DNA of 64,000 nt from Methanobacteriota archaeon (GCA_963787255.1 CAWBCJ010000029.1:640001-704000), one strand, 5' to 3'; positions 46,451 to 58,506 are shown, numbered from the stretch's first letter. Program-made: numbers and translations. The notes: generated by a model from the sequence alone, not told the origin.

Positions 46451-48046
46451 ATGTCTTTTATAGAATTAGAAAATGTCACTAAAACATTTAAAGGTATAGA
46501 CGTTTTAAAAAATTTGAATATTACCATAAATGAAGGCAAAGTATTGGGTATTTTAGGTAGAAGCGGCGCTGGAAAATCTGTATTGATAAACATGCTTCGT
46601 GGAACGAAGGAATACAAACCAGACAGCGGTAAAATTATTTATAATATTGCATTATGTCATAAATGTGTTTTAGTGGAAGCTCCTTCGAAAATAGGACAAA
46701 AATGCACATGCGGCGGCGAATTTGAAGCAGAACGTGTTGATCTTTGGAATACTGATAGAAAAATATACGCCGCAGTTAGAAGAAGGATTTCTATCATGCT
46801 CCAGCGAACATTTGCACTTTATGAAGATGACAGTGTTATTGACAATGTTTTAAAGTCCATTGACCATCACGATGACGAAGAAGGCATGTACATGGCCATA
46901 GATCTTCTTGAAATGACTCAGATGACCCACAGGATAACTCACATCGCAAGGGACCTGAGTGGTGGTGAAAAACAAAGAGTGGTACTTGCAAGACAAATAG
47001 CAAAAGAACCCATGATATTTCTTGCAGATGAGCCTACAGGTACTCTTGATCCAAAAACTGCCGAACTTATACATCATGCACTCCTTGAAGGTGTAAAAGA
47101 AAAAGGCACAACCATGATCATAACTTCTCACTGGCCAGAAGTCATGAGAAAACTTTCTGATCACGTAATATGGCTCGAAAAGGGTGAAATAGTTGACGAA
47201 GGCGATCCTGAATCTGTTGTAAAGAGATTTTTAGATCAAGTTCCACTGCCTAAAAAATCAGAAGATTACCAGACTGGTGGGCCAATGATCAAGCTTGAAG
47301 ACGTCAAAAAGCACTATTACTCCATAGAAAGAGGTGTAGTAAAAGCTGTTGATGGAATAGACCTTGTTGTTGATGAGGGAGAGATTTTCGGTATTGTGGG
47401 ATTAAGCGGAGCCGGTAAAACAACATTATCAAGAATTTTATATGGATTAACAGAACCAAGTATGGGAAACATAATTGTTAAGCTTGGAGACGACTGGGTG
47501 GACATGACTGAATCTGGCCCATTTGGAAGGGGAAGAATTAAGCCTTACTTGGGAATTCTTCACCAGGAATACAGTCTTTATCCTCACAGAACTGTTTTAG
47601 GGAATTTAACTGAAGCGATTAGTTTGGAACTTCCTGCAGAATTTGCAAAAATGAAAGCAACATACGTTCTTAAAGCGGTTGGTTTTGACGAAGAATATGC
47701 AGCTAGTCTTTTAAGCAAATATCCTGATGAATTAAGCGGTGGAGAACGTCACAGGGTGGCATTAGCCCAAGTTTTAATAAAAGAACCTAATATTATTATT
47801 CTTGATGAACCTACCGGAACAATGGACCCAATAACAAGGGTTCAAGTCACAGATTCCATACGAAAGGCGAGAGACGAATTAAGTCAAACTTTTTTAATTA
47901 TATCACACGACATGGACTTCGTGCTTGATGTCTGCGATAGAGCAGCACTCATGAGGGGTGGAAAAATCCTGAAAATTGGAGATCCAAATTCCATTGTGGA
48001 AGATTTGACACCAACTGAAAAGCATAAAATGCTTACAGACGAATAA
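46451..48046 (+). CDS. atwA: Methyl-coenzyme M reductase system component A2 (dual ABC ATPase)
   Basis: Two Walker A/LSGG cassettes; Zn-binding Cys insert; SHWPEV. Confidence 0.93.
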   Translation: MSFIELENVTKTFKGIDVLKNLNITINEGKVLGILGRSGAGKSVLINMLRGTKEYKPDSGKIIYNIALCHKCVLVEAPSKIGQKCTCGGEFEAERVDLWNTDRKIYAAVRRRISIMLQRTFALYEDDSVIDNVLKSIDHHDDEEGMYMAIDLLEMTQMTHRITHIARDLSGGEKQRVVLARQIAKEPMIFLADEPTGTLDPKTAELIHHALLEGVKEKGTTMIITSHWPEVMRKLSDHVIWLEKGEIVDEGDPESVVKRFLDQVPLPKKSEDYQTGGPMIKLEDVKKHYYSIERGVVKAVDGIDLVVDEGEIFGIVGLSGAGKTTLSRILYGLTEPSMGNIIVKLGDDWVDMTESGPFGRGRIKPYLGILHQEYSLYPHRTVLGNLTEAISLELPAEFAKMKATYVLKAVGFDEEYAASLLSKYPDELSGGERHRVALAQVLIKEPNIIILDEPTGTMDPITRVQVTDSIRKARDELSQTFLIISHDMDFVLDVCDRAALMRGGKILKIGDPNSIVEDLTPTEKHKMLTDE

Positions 48047-48089
48047 TTTCTTTTTTAAGATAACAATTGAATAAATTTGGAGGAATATA

Positions 48090-48569
<480 letters not shown>

Positions 48570-48592
48570 AGATTTTACTGGAGTTTTTAAAT

Positions 48593-49210
48593 ATGGGCTG
48601 GACCCCTCTTTTCCTGCAGATGAAAAATAAAAACGTTTTAGTTGTTGGTGCAGGAGAAGTAGGCGGCAGGAGAGCGCGTAGATTTATTGAAGCCGGCGCT
48701 AATGTTACTATAATTGGAAGGAAGACCTCAGAAGAACTTAGCGAACTGGGAGCTGCTATTAAACCTGTTCAGGAAGTTAAAGAATGGGTTGAATGGTCTG
48801 ATATTGTGATTGTAGCCACTGGAGACCATGAATTGAATGAAAATGTGGCAGAATTAGCTGCGCATAAACTTTTAAACCGTGCTGATTATCCTGAAGAAGG
48901 AAATTTAATTGTTCCATCTTCTTTTTTTATAGGAGATGTGCAGTTATGCATATTTACTGGTGGAAAGAGCCCTCTTATGGCTCGAGAGTTAAGAAAAAAG
49001 ATAGAAAAAGTAATAAAAGAGGAAGATATCTTACAACTTGAACTTCAAAATTTCACCAGAAATATTTTAAAAGAAAAGATCCATGACCAGAAAAAGCGTA
49101 GAGATTATCTATATGAAATACTAAATGATGAAAATATAAGTAAATTATTAGAGGAAGGAGATCTGGAAGGCGCTAAAAAATACATAAAATATCATTTAAA
49201 GTCCAGATAA
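48593..49210 (+). CDS. sirC: Precorrin-2 dehydrogenase (SirC/CysG N-terminal)
   Basis: [14 protein letters not shown]; adjacent to hemA. Confidence 0.88.
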   Translation: MGWTPLFLQMKNKNVLVVGAGEVGGRRARRFIEAGANVTIIGRKTSEELSELGAAIKPVQEVKEWVEWSDIVIVATGDHELNENVAELAAHKLLNRADYPEEGNLIVPSSFFIGDVQLCIFTGGKSPLMARELRKKIEKVIKEEDILQLELQNFTRNILKEKIHDQKKRRDYLYEILNDENISKLLEEGDLEGAKKYIKYHLKSR

Positions 49211-49252
49211 TCAAATATTTATAAATATTACCTTGATTTTAGGGGTGATAAA

Positions 49253-50454
49253 ATGATTCTGAATATAAGAATCGACCATAAAACAGCGGATATTTGCACA
49301 ATTGAAAAATCTACTCGTCAAATGGACGAGCTCTTTGAAAAAATAAAGAGTGAATGTATTGTAGATGAGTATATTCAGATAAAAACATGCAATCGCGCCG
49401 AACTGTATATTTTTCTAGACAATATTAACCATAATAACATTGATTTTGATAATTTTATAGTTGAAACCGATGACGATGCCTTAAAACATCTTCTTAGATT
49501 GTCATGTGGCTTAGAATCCATGATAATAGGTGAGGATCAAATATTAGGACAAATAAAAGAGGCCAGAAAAAAAGCATTTCTACAGGTTGCTGCGGCCAAA
49601 TTTTAGATACTATTTTTACTAAAGCCATCCATGTTGGCCAGTCTGTAAGAAAAAGGACAAATATTAACAAGGGATCTATTTCTATTGGTTCTGCAGCGGT
49701 TGAACTTGCAGAGTCAGTTCACGGCGACTTGAAATGTAAAAAAGTCCTTGTTATAGGTGCTGGAAAAATGGGAACTCTGGTTGCAAAGGCTCTGGCGGAA
49801 AAACACCTTAAAGCAATTGTAGTGGCAAACAGGACATATGACCGAGCTAAGTGTCTTGCAAAGGAACTTGGAGGGTCAGCAATACATTTTGATAGACTTG
49901 ATGAATCCATGAGTGATGCTGATGTTATAATAAGTGCTACAGGAGCACCTCACGCTATTTTAAATCGTGATAAGGTTAAAAATGCAGTTCCGCATGAAAA
50001 TCTCCATAAACTGGTGATGGTGGATATTGCTAATCCGCGGGACATTGACGAAGATGTTAAAGAATTAGGTGTTAAATTATTTAATATTGATGATTTAAGG
50101 GGAATAGCAGATAAAAATAAGGAAATGAGGGAGTCTGAAGCTCTTGAAGCTGAAAAAATTATTGAAGAAGAAATTTTCCTTCTTAAAAAGTCTTTAAAAC
50201 ATCTTGAAGTTGAATCTCTTATTTCAAATATAAGGGGCAAGGCAGAGAAAATAAGGATTCATGAAACAGAAAAGGCAGTTAAGATGATGGGAGATATTAA
50301 CGGTAAAGAAAAAATAATTGACGACCTCACACACGTTATGATTGATAAAATCTTCTCTGATATCATAAAGAACATTAAAACTGCAGCTGAAAATGATGAT
50401 AAAAAAATAATTGAAACTGCAGAATGTCTTTTTGCAAGAGAAAATAGTAAATGA
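49253..50454 (+). CDS. hemA: Glutamyl-tRNA reductase (apparent 1-nt deletion near 49578)
   Basis: [25 protein letters not shown], split over two frames. Confidence 0.9.
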
Positions 50455-50591
50455 AGTAATTAAATTATTTTTGTTTAGTTTTATCCTTTTTACTAAACTA
50501 TTATGTATTACTACGTTTAGAAATAGTGTTTAAAGCGGATGTACTTAAATAAATCATTTAAGGAACTATTTTTCATACAAAAGTAAAATAA

Positions 50592-51269
50592 TTAAATTAA
50601 ATTAAATAACAGTATTAAAGAGCTACTAATAAACTCAGAATTCCTTTTTTCAAGACTTCCTTTTTTAACAGGATGTGAATTAATGATAGAGTCATGTATT
50701 GCATTATAAGATGCACTTGTACCGTTATTCAAATCATTTTGAATGTCAGAATTATTTTTTGATTTTAGCCAATCATTCCAGTTGGTTTTACCATTTATAC
50801 TCGCTTTGTTCATTGCTGAATGTAAATCATCATTTGATTGAATTACTCCGGGAGTTAAAAAACTGGCTTTTGTCTCATATAATGTGTGATTGGGTCCGCT
50901 GGCACCAGCACAGTGTGGGGCAGAAAAACTATCTGTAATATAATGGGAAGCTACGCCGTAGCAGTAACTGGCATAGTAGTAATCGCCAATTTCGTAGTAA
51001 TATTGTCCTTTATTCAGCCATTCTTCAGCTTTATCATAACTATTAGGGTAACTGTGGTATTTAAAATCAAAGAATTTAAAATCAGGATCCATTGAACCTT
51101 CTTTCATAGCATCTAAACTTAAATTTTGTTGAATGTCTGAAGGTAAGGAATTATAGTTATTTTCCACTATTTCTTCATGGGTATTCCAGTTCCAAGCTGA
51201 AGCAGCAGGAATTTGAACAAAAAATGCTCCGATTAAAAAAAGACATATTATTATTACTGTTTTATTCAT
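50592..51269 (-). CDS. Secreted zinc-dependent phospholipase C / S1-P1-like protein
   Basis: Signal peptide followed by W..TH; DPD; HYITD...H; H..YE. Confidence 0.8.
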   Translation of the reverse strand: MNKTVIIICLFLIGAFFVQIPAASAWNWNTHEEIVENNYNSLPSDIQQNLSLDAMKEGSMDPDFKFFDFKYHSYPNSYDKAEEWLNKGQYYYEIGDYYYASYCYGVASHYITDSFSAPHCAGASGPNHTLYETKASFLTPGVIQSNDDLHSAMNKASINGKTNWNDWLKSKNNSDIQNDLNNGTSASYNAIHDSIINSHPVKKGSLEKRNSEFISSSLILLFNLI

Positions 51270-51364
51270 GATTTCACATTATTTAAGATTTATTTTAAAT
51301 TTATTAGTATAATGAACTTATCTTGAAAGGAAACATTTATACTTTATGTATCAAAAAGAATTTA

Positions 51365-51394
51365 TATAACTATCGTTATATAACAATTGTAATA
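51365..51394. promoter_or_regulatory. Tandem palindromic operator (TATAACnATnGTTATA) upstream of the GMC gene
   Basis: TATAACTATCGTTATA (51365-51380) overlapping TATAACAATTGTAATA (51379-51394). Confidence 0.7.
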
Positions 51395-51427
51395 AAATTT
51401 TTTTAATTAATTTATAGAGTGAAATTT

Positions 51428-52756
51428 ATGACTTTTGACGTTGCAGTAATCGGAACAGGCGCTGGAGGCGCCACAGCAGCAAGGGAATTATCAAAAAAAG
51501 GACTTAAGGTCTTAATTTTGGAAAAAGGAAAACGCCACAAAACAGGTACATCCGCAAATCACATTAAAAACATCCCTATAAAACTAAAAATGGATTTAAT
51601 AGATAAAAATGAAGAAAATCTTGATTTTATCCAGCTTCCTGCAGAATTGATGTACATAGAAGATGTTGGAGGTACAACTCCAGTATCTCTTGCCAACGCA
51701 TGTTATGCTTGTAGTACATGTTATGCAAATTCTGCAACAACACAATTCCAAATCCACGACCTTGATCTCTTTAAAGAACTAATAGAAGCAAGTGGAGATT
51801 TAAAAGTTAACCCGTTTCCAGCAGATTTAATGGGACCTGCAACACGTAAAATAGTAGAATGTGGAGAAAGCCTCGGATTTTTCATGGAGCCTATGCCCAA
51901 ATTCATTGATTTTTCTAAATGTGATAGCTGTGGGCAGTGTATTCAAGGTTGTACAAGGGATGCAAAATGGGACTCAACACACTTTGTAAATGAAGCAGTA
52001 GCAAAAGGTGCAACTTTAATTTCAGATTTTAAAGTCACAAGAATTATCTCAGAAAATGGAGATGTAAAAGGAATAGAAGGCATATTTGGAGATAAAACAA
52101 AATATTTTGAAGTTAAAAAAGTTATAATTGCTTCAGGAGCATTAAATACTCCTCAAATTTTAAAAAATTCAGGAATTACAAAAAATGTAGGTGAAGGCTT
52201 ATTCTGTGATCTTTTTATAACCATTGGAGGATATTTAAAAGATATAAATTATTATAAAGAAATTCCTATGGGCGTAAAATCAGAATTCGGACCTTATTTT
52301 TTATCACCTCACTTTTCAAATCAGCTGATTGAATTACTGGAAAATAAGGGAGTCAACGCTAATCCTGAAGATATCGTTGGAATAATGGTTAAAATAGCAG
52401 ATGAAGCTAATGGAAAGGTTAATGAAGATAAATCAATTGAAAAAACACTTACTAAAAGAGATTTAGACCTTCTAAAAGAAGGATATGAAAAGAGCGTTAA
52501 AATACTTGTTGAAATGGGTGTAGATCCATCTTCTATAGTTGCAACGCCTATAAGAGGTGCACATCCTGGTGGAACCGCAGCAATGGGTAGTGTAGTTGAT
52601 AATAACTTAGAAACTGAAATTAAAGGACTATATGTAGCTGATGCCAGTGTAATTCCCCAAGCCCCGGGAAGACCTCCAATTTTAACTATAACTGCACTGG
52701 CAAAAAGACTTGCTAAAAACATCTCTAACGGCATGAAAGTAAAAATAGAGAACTAA
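51428..52756 (+). CDS. GMC-family flavoprotein oxidoreductase with [4Fe-4S] insert
   Basis: GTGAGG, CDSCGQCIQGC, HPGGT, VADAS, PILTITALA. Confidence 0.85.
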   Translation: MTFDVAVIGTGAGGATAARELSKKGLKVLILEKGKRHKTGTSANHIKNIPIKLKMDLIDKNEENLDFIQLPAELMYIEDVGGTTPVSLANACYACSTCYANSATTQFQIHDLDLFKELIEASGDLKVNPFPADLMGPATRKIVECGESLGFFMEPMPKFIDFSKCDSCGQCIQGCTRDAKWDSTHFVNEAVAKGATLISDFKVTRIISENGDVKGIEGIFGDKTKYFEVKKVIIASGALNTPQILKNSGITKNVGEGLFCDLFITIGGYLKDINYYKEIPMGVKSEFGPYFLSPHFSNQLIELLENKGVNANPEDIVGIMVKIADEANGKVNEDKSIEKTLTKRDLDLLKEGYEKSVKILVEMGVDPSSIVATPIRGAHPGGTAAMGSVVDNNLETEIKGLYVADASVIPQAPGRPPILTITALAKRLAKNISNGMKVKIEN

Positions 52757-52770
52757 AAAAACGTTTATAT

Positions 52771-53808
52771 GTGATGAAAATGGAAAATATAACCGAAAAT
52801 AGGTATTCAAGACAGGCAATTTTACACAACATTGGTAAAGAGGGTCAGGAAATACTGGGGAAAAGTCATGTTATCATTATAGGATGTGGGGCACTGGGAA
52901 CAGTGGCTGCAAATAATCTTGCGCGTGCAGGAGTAGGTAAAATCTCCATTTTAGACAGGGATTTTGTTGAACTAAACAACCTTCAGCGCCAGATGCTCTT
53001 CGATCAAAATGACGTAGGGGAACCAAAAGCAATAGCGGCAACCAGAAAACTGCAGTTAATTAATTCAGATATAGAAATAGTTCCCTTAGTTAAGGATTTA
53101 AACCATACTAACATCGATGAAATAATTAAGGATACAGATCTTGTTCTGGACGGAACAGATAACATCCAGACAAGAATGCTCCTTAACGATGTTTGCGTAA
53201 AGGAAAAAATTCCCTGGATTTACACCGGAGCAATTGGAACATCGGGCATGACAATGAATATTCTTCCGGATGCTGCATGTATCCGCTGTCTATATCCAAG
53301 CATTCCTAAACCCGGATCACTTCCAACATGCGATACAATGGGAGTTTTAAACACTGTAACAGTCATTATGGGTTCAATGGCCAGTACAGAGGCGATAAAA
53401 ATACTTCTTGGAAAAGCAAAACCTCGAAATAAACAGGACAGCAGCTTAATAGTCTATGATGCATGGAATAACTCATTCGACGAAATACTTGTAAGAAAAA
53501 ACGAAGAATGTGCATGCTGCATAGATGGAAGTTTCGATTATTTAAATGCTGAAGATAGAGAAGTTATTAGTTCGCTTTGCGGTCGAAATGCTATCCAAAT
53601 AACTCCTGCAGATGCAAAAGAGTTAGATTTACACGAATTAGCATCTAAACTTGAACATTTAGGCAATATCAAATGTGCAGATTTTATATTACTTTTTAAG
53701 ACCCAAAATTATGAAATATCTGTATTTCGTGATGGAAGAGCAATAATTAAAGGAACTGATAGTGAAAAAGTGGCAAGATCAATTTATGCAAGATTTATCG
53801 GTACTTAA
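52771..53808 (+). CDS. ThiF/MoeB/E1-family adenylyltransferase
   Basis: RYSRQ, GCGALG, NLQRQ, CxxC pairs, PTCD. Confidence 0.92.
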   Translation: MMKMENITENRYSRQAILHNIGKEGQEILGKSHVIIIGCGALGTVAANNLARAGVGKISILDRDFVELNNLQRQMLFDQNDVGEPKAIAATRKLQLINSDIEIVPLVKDLNHTNIDEIIKDTDLVLDGTDNIQTRMLLNDVCVKEKIPWIYTGAIGTSGMTMNILPDAACIRCLYPSIPKPGSLPTCDTMGVLNTVTVIMGSMASTEAIKILLGKAKPRNKQDSSLIVYDAWNNSFDEILVRKNEECACCIDGSFDYLNAEDREVISSLCGRNAIQITPADAKELDLHELASKLEHLGNIKCADFILLFKTQNYEISVFRDGRAIIKGTDSEKVARSIYARFIGT

Positions 53809-53936
53809 TATTTCAAAATATGAGATAATGTGTTCATTTAGGAAATTGGTTTTAATATATATACTTAAAGGGTCAAGTATTATAAGATCAAATTTTCGAG
53901 GAATTATTTTAATTTAATATGCGAGGTACAAACGAG

Positions 53937-54542
53937 ATGAAAACCCTTAAAATAGGTGAAAATACCTTTGAACTTGCAGAAATCATTATTAATGACTTAA
54001 AAGCATCAGAAAATATTGGAATTCTTAAATGCATCCAGTGCGGTATGTGCACATCAGTCTGTCCCGCAGCAAGACATACAGACTATGACTCACGAGAACT
54101 GGTTAAAAGAGTTCTAGATAAAGACGAAAGTTTAATTTCAGACCCCATAATTTGGGATTGTTTTTACTGCTACACCTGCCACAGCGTATGCCCTGTAAAT
54201 AATAGCCCATGCGAAATAAACCAAATAATAAGACAGAAAGCTATTGATAATGGAAACGGAAAATCCAAAATAGCCCCTTTTTCGGCATACGGCGATAGTT
54301 TCCTTGAATTTGGACTTGGAGCAATTCCAAACGATTTCTTCGACGACTTGTTAAAAGATTATGGAAAGGAATGGCTTGAATTAAAGATTAATTTGGAGGA
54401 TATCCGGGAAGAATTAGGTCTTGGCCCGATATTACTGCCAGAAAAGGATGTAAATGATATTAACAAAATTTTGGAGAAAACAGGATTCACTAAAAGACTG
54501 GATAGAATAAGGCGGTGTAAAGATGAAGAAAATACCAGATAA
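53937..54542 (+). CDS. hdrC: Heterodisulfide reductase subunit C-like
   Basis: CIQCGMCTSVCP and CFYCYTCHSVCP. Confidence 0.85.
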   Translation: MKTLKIGENTFELAEIIINDLKASENIGILKCIQCGMCTSVCPAARHTDYDSRELVKRVLDKDESLISDPIIWDCFYCYTCHSVCPVNNSPCEINQIIRQKAIDNGNGKSKIAPFSAYGDSFLEFGLGAIPNDFFDDLLKDYGKEWLELKINLEDIREELGLGPILLPEKDVNDINKILEKTGFTKRLDRIRRCKDEENTR

Positions 54543-55470
54543 GGAAATTTTACTCTTTAAAAGCTGCCTTGTAAATGTTGAATATCCGGGAGTAGAATCA
54601 TCAACCAAATTTCTATTCGATAAACTGGGAATAGAATACATTACAAGTGAAAGACAGTCCTGCTGCACTGGTTTAGGACATTACGCGGATTTATTTGACC
54701 AATTTTCAACAACTACACTTTCAGCAAGAAACTTTGGAATTGCAAGAGAAGAAGAACACAAAAATATAGCCACACTATGTGCTACCTGTTATGCAATACT
54801 AAAAAAATCAGCCAATATTTTAAATAAAAAAGAAGATGTTAGAAAAAAGGTAAATACGATTTTCGACGATACAGAAATTCCTAATTTGAAATATAATGCA
54901 GATGATATGGATTCAAGAGATAATATTTTCCATGTAGCTGAAATTCTTTATAATAAGGCCGAAGAAATTGAAAATCTTGTAGAAATAGATTTATCAGGCT
55001 TTAAAGTGGCTGCACATCACGCCTGCCATTATTGTAAAGTTCATCATAATGATACTATTGGAAATGTGAGAAATCCAATGGTTATAGAAACCCTTGCTAA
55101 AGCATGCGGTGTGGAAACAGTGGACTGGTATGATCGCAAAACAAATACCTGTGGTAACGGCTTCAGGCAGCGTTACATGAATAAAGATTTATCATTTTCC
55201 ATAACAGCAGAAAAGCTGCTTAGTTTAAAGGAGAATGAAGTTGATATTTTACTTCACATGTGTCCAAATTGTCAGCTGCAATTTGACAGAAACCAGAAAG
55301 TCATTGGAGAATCAATGGATACTGAATTCAATATTATGTGCCTTAACATTTCTCAATTTATAGCTCTTGCTCTTGGAGCCGACCCTTACAAAGTTGTAGG
55401 GATTCAGACACACTCAGTTCCTATAGAACCTATTTTAAAGAAAATAAAGCAGATTAACCTATGTTTATGA
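54523..55470 (+). CDS. hdrB: Heterodisulfide reductase subunit B-like
   Basis: CCG-domain motifs SCCTG/CATC and HHACH/CPNC..QFD. Confidence 0.85.
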   Translation: MKKIPDKEILLFKSCLVNVEYPGVESSTKFLFDKLGIEYITSERQSCCTGLGHYADLFDQFSTTTLSARNFGIAREEEHKNIATLCATCYAILKKSANILNKKEDVRKKVNTIFDDTEIPNLKYNADDMDSRDNIFHVAEILYNKAEEIENLVEIDLSGFKVAAHHACHYCKVHHNDTIGNVRNPMVIETLAKACGVETVDWYDRKTNTCGNGFRQRYMNKDLSFSITAEKLLSLKENEVDILLHMCPNCQLQFDRNQKVIGESMDTEFNIMCLNISQFIALALGADPYKVVGIQTHSVPIEPILKKIKQINLCL

Positions 55471-55479
55471 GGTAAGACA

Positions 55480-57855
55480 TTGAATAACTATAATTTTTCA
55501 AGATATGCACCAAAAAGCAGTATAGATATTGGTGTTTTTTTATGCCGTTGTGGAGGAAATATTTCCGATACAGTTGACATTGAAAGGCTTAAGTCTTCAA
55601 TAGACGCTAAAGTAGTGAAGGATTTCGAAAATCTCTGCTCAATCAAGTGCCAGAAGAATATCAGGGATATTATACTGGAAGAAGATTTAGACCGGGCAGT
55701 AATTGCAGCATGTTCACCGATTACTCACGAAAAAACCTTTAGAAACCATGTAGCTCCTCTAAATCCATATCTTTTAGAAATGGCCAATATAAGAGAACAG
55801 TGTTCATGGGTGCATTCTGATGTGGATAAGGCAACGGAAAAGGCAATATCACTTACGGGTGCTGCCATTGAACGGGTTAAATACGCCAGACCACTGGACA
55901 CAATAGTTCGAAAAACCAAAAAAAGCGTCGCTGTAATAGGTGGTGGAATATCTGGAATAACTACCGCGCTTTCAATGGCAAAACAGGGCATTAAAGTATA
56001 CATAATTGAAGAAAAGCCTACAGTCGGTGGAAATATGATAAAAATAGGCAAAGTATTCTCTCCAGAAAAACTTGCAGAAGAATGTGCGCTGTGTCTTTTC
56101 AATCCACTGATAAATGAGGCAGTACAGCATAAAAATATTGAAATGATCACCAATGCAGAGCTTAAATCATCCGAAAGGAAAGCTGGAAACTTTAACTTGA
56201 TTGTCGAAAGAAAACCAAGTTTTGTTAAGGAAGATAGATGTACAGCATGCGGTAACTGTGCGGAAGTCTGTCCAGTGGATGTTCCAAATGAATGGAACGA
56301 AAAATTGATGCTGAGAAAGGCTATTTACAAACCGTTCCCGCAGTCAGTTCCTGACGTATACACAATTGATGAAGAACACTGTATTAAGTGTGGAAAATGC
56401 CAGAAAGTCTGTACAATGGATGCTATTAATCTTTCGATGAAAGGGGAAATTATGCCTCTTAACGTTGGTTCTGTGGTTATAGCCACTGGCCATAAAGGAT
56501 TTAACCTTACAAAACGTCCTGAATATGGATATGCAAGATATGATGATGTAATAACTCAAATGGAGCTTGCGAGGATAATGGGGGTTAATGGACCGACAAA
56601 TGGTAAATTACTCCAACCTTCAACTGGTAAAATTCCAAGAAGAGTGGTTATGGTTCAATGCGCAGGTTCCAGGGACGAAAAGCCTGAAGGAAAACGATAC
56701 TGTTCAAAAGTTTGCTGCATGGTGGCTTTAAAGCATGCAAACTTTATCAAACGTTACTATCCAGATACAGAAGTTATAATCTGTTATACGGATATGAGAA
56801 CCCCGGGAATGTATGAAAATTATTTTAGACATGCACAATCAAAGGAGATTAAACTAATAAGGGGAAGACCTGGAGAAATAGCTAAGAAAGGGGAAAATCT
56901 CGTTGTCAGAGTTGAAGATACTTTGAAAGGGGAACAATTGGAAATAGAAACTGACATGGTTGTTTTATCTGAGGCAATGGAGCCTTCAGAGGGAACATTA
57001 AAAGTAGCAGAAACATTGAATGTCGGTCTTACCGAAGATCTCTTCGTAAAAGAGAAACATCCAAAGATAAAGCCAGTTAGCACAGATATAGAGGGAATCT
57101 ATGTTTGTGGAACTGCACAGGGTCCAAAAGATATTACTGATAGCGTTTCCCAGGCAAACGCAGCGGCATCTAAGGTTTCAGAAATTATGAATGGGGGATT
57201 AGAGATAGAACCGACCATAGCAGTTATTGACCCTTCCAACTGTCAAATCTGTGGGGACTGTGTAACAGCATGTAAATATAAAGCTATTTACATGCAAGAT
57301 GAGCGTATATCAGTTGATGCTATTGCCTGTACTGGCTGTGGAATATGTATGTCCAAATGTAAGCATGAAGCAGTTGAAATTATGGGCCAAACAGATAGTC
57401 AACTGTATGCAATGATTTCTGGTATGTTGAAGGGCAAAAAAGATGGTGAAAGGAGAATACTGGCATTTGTAGATTATATAGGCTACGTAGCATCTGATAA
57501 CATAGGAATAAACAGGATATCCTATCCACAATCAGTTAGAATCATTAGAATTTCATCAATTAACCGTTTAATGCCGAAACATATTATATATGCATTTGAA
57601 AACGGCGCAGATGGAATATTTTTGGGTGAATATCCTGATGATATAATGTATCCGAGTATTCAAGAAAAAGTGCAACAATTCCGCTCTGCACTTATAAAAA
57701 ATAGTATAGATCCAGATAGATTGATGTATTACAAGGTTTACGCACCGTACTTTAGAGGATTGGCCAATAAATTCTATGAATTTGATAAACAGGTTAGTAA
57801 TGCCCTTGATAAGCTTGAAGCGGTGTTATACAAAGCTTCTTCTAAAGATTTATAA
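55480..57855 (+). CDS. hdrA: Heterodisulfide reductase subunit A fused to a degenerate MvhD-like domain
   Basis: AACSP, NIREQCSWVH, GGGISG, ferredoxin inserts, YCSKVCC, GPKDI; C-terminal YPQSVRIIR...GADG. Confidence 0.9.
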   Translation: MNNYNFSRYAPKSSIDIGVFLCRCGGNISDTVDIERLKSSIDAKVVKDFENLCSIKCQKNIRDIILEEDLDRAVIAACSPITHEKTFRNHVAPLNPYLLEMANIREQCSWVHSDVDKATEKAISLTGAAIERVKYARPLDTIVRKTKKSVAVIGGGISGITTALSMAKQGIKVYIIEEKPTVGGNMIKIGKVFSPEKLAEECALCLFNPLINEAVQHKNIEMITNAELKSSERKAGNFNLIVERKPSFVKEDRCTACGNCAEVCPVDVPNEWNEKLMLRKAIYKPFPQSVPDVYTIDEEHCIKCGKCQKVCTMDAINLSMKGEIMPLNVGSVVIATGHKGFNLTKRPEYGYARYDDVITQMELARIMGVNGPTNGKLLQPSTGKIPRRVVMVQCAGSRDEKPEGKRYCSKVCCMVALKHANFIKRYYPDTEVIICYTDMRTPGMYENYFRHAQSKEIKLIRGRPGEIAKKGENLVVRVEDTLKGEQLEIETDMVVLSEAMEPSEGTLKVAETLNVGLTEDLFVKEKHPKIKPVSTDIEGIYVCGTAQGPKDITDSVSQANAAASKVSEIMNGGLEIEPTIAVIDPSNCQICGDCVTACKYKAIYMQDERISVDAIACTGCGICMSKCKHEAVEIMGQTDSQLYAMISGMLKGKKDGERRILAFVDYIGYVASDNIGINRISYPQSVRIIRISSINRLMPKHIIYAFENGADGIFLGEYPDDIMYPSIQEKVQQFRSALIKNSIDPDRLMYYKVYAPYFRGLANKFYEFDKQVSNALDKLEAVLYKASSKDL

Positions 57856-57887
57856 GCAATCTCTCAAAAATCAAAGATTTTTGCTAG

Positions 57888-58506
57888 CTACGATTTTTCA
57901 TGGATTGGAAGTGTAAAATAAAAAGTCGAACCCTTAACCAACTCTGATTCCACCCAAACACGACCACCATGGCGATCAATAATTCTTTTTACAATTGAAA
58001 GTCCAATTCCAGTTCCTTGATATTCTTCATTTGTGTGGAGCCTTTGGAATATGGTGAAAATTTGATCTTGATATGGGGAATTTATTCCAATTCCATTATC
58101 TTCTTGATCCTCTGCTAAAGCTTGAAAGAATAAATCAATGGGTCTTCTAAAACCATGAGGTTCTGAAGGTTTAATAAGGCCTAATACACCATTTACAATT
58201 CCTATGTCATTATTTGGGGGGATGACATACACTTTATTTGGTTTAACTGGCATGATTATCTTGAATTTCAAGTACTTCCATATCAGTATATCTTGCAATT
58301 AATTCTGCCATAGTGCTTTTATGTGTGGGATCTTAGATGTTGAATCAAAACAAATCCCATACCTGTATCTACTGAGGCATATTACTAAATAATTTCTCTA
58401 AAGCTTCCAGCCCACCTGCAGATGAACCAATACCTACTATGGGAAATTTGCCTTTTTCTTTGGAATTGACTTTTGATTTATTTAGAGTTTTATTCTGATT
58501 TTCCAC
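57888..58506 (-). pseudogene. CheB-methylesterase N-terminus joined to a histidine-kinase HATPase C-terminus (deletion remnant)
   Basis: GIGSSAGG and IQH (CheB); [23 protein letters not shown] (HATPase); frameshifts in the 5' part. Confidence 0.8.

Noticed and set aside
48059-48074. GATAACAATTGAATAA as another operator copy
   Set aside because: The right half-site is broken and it lies in a short intra-operon spacer; it could be chance in AT-rich DNA
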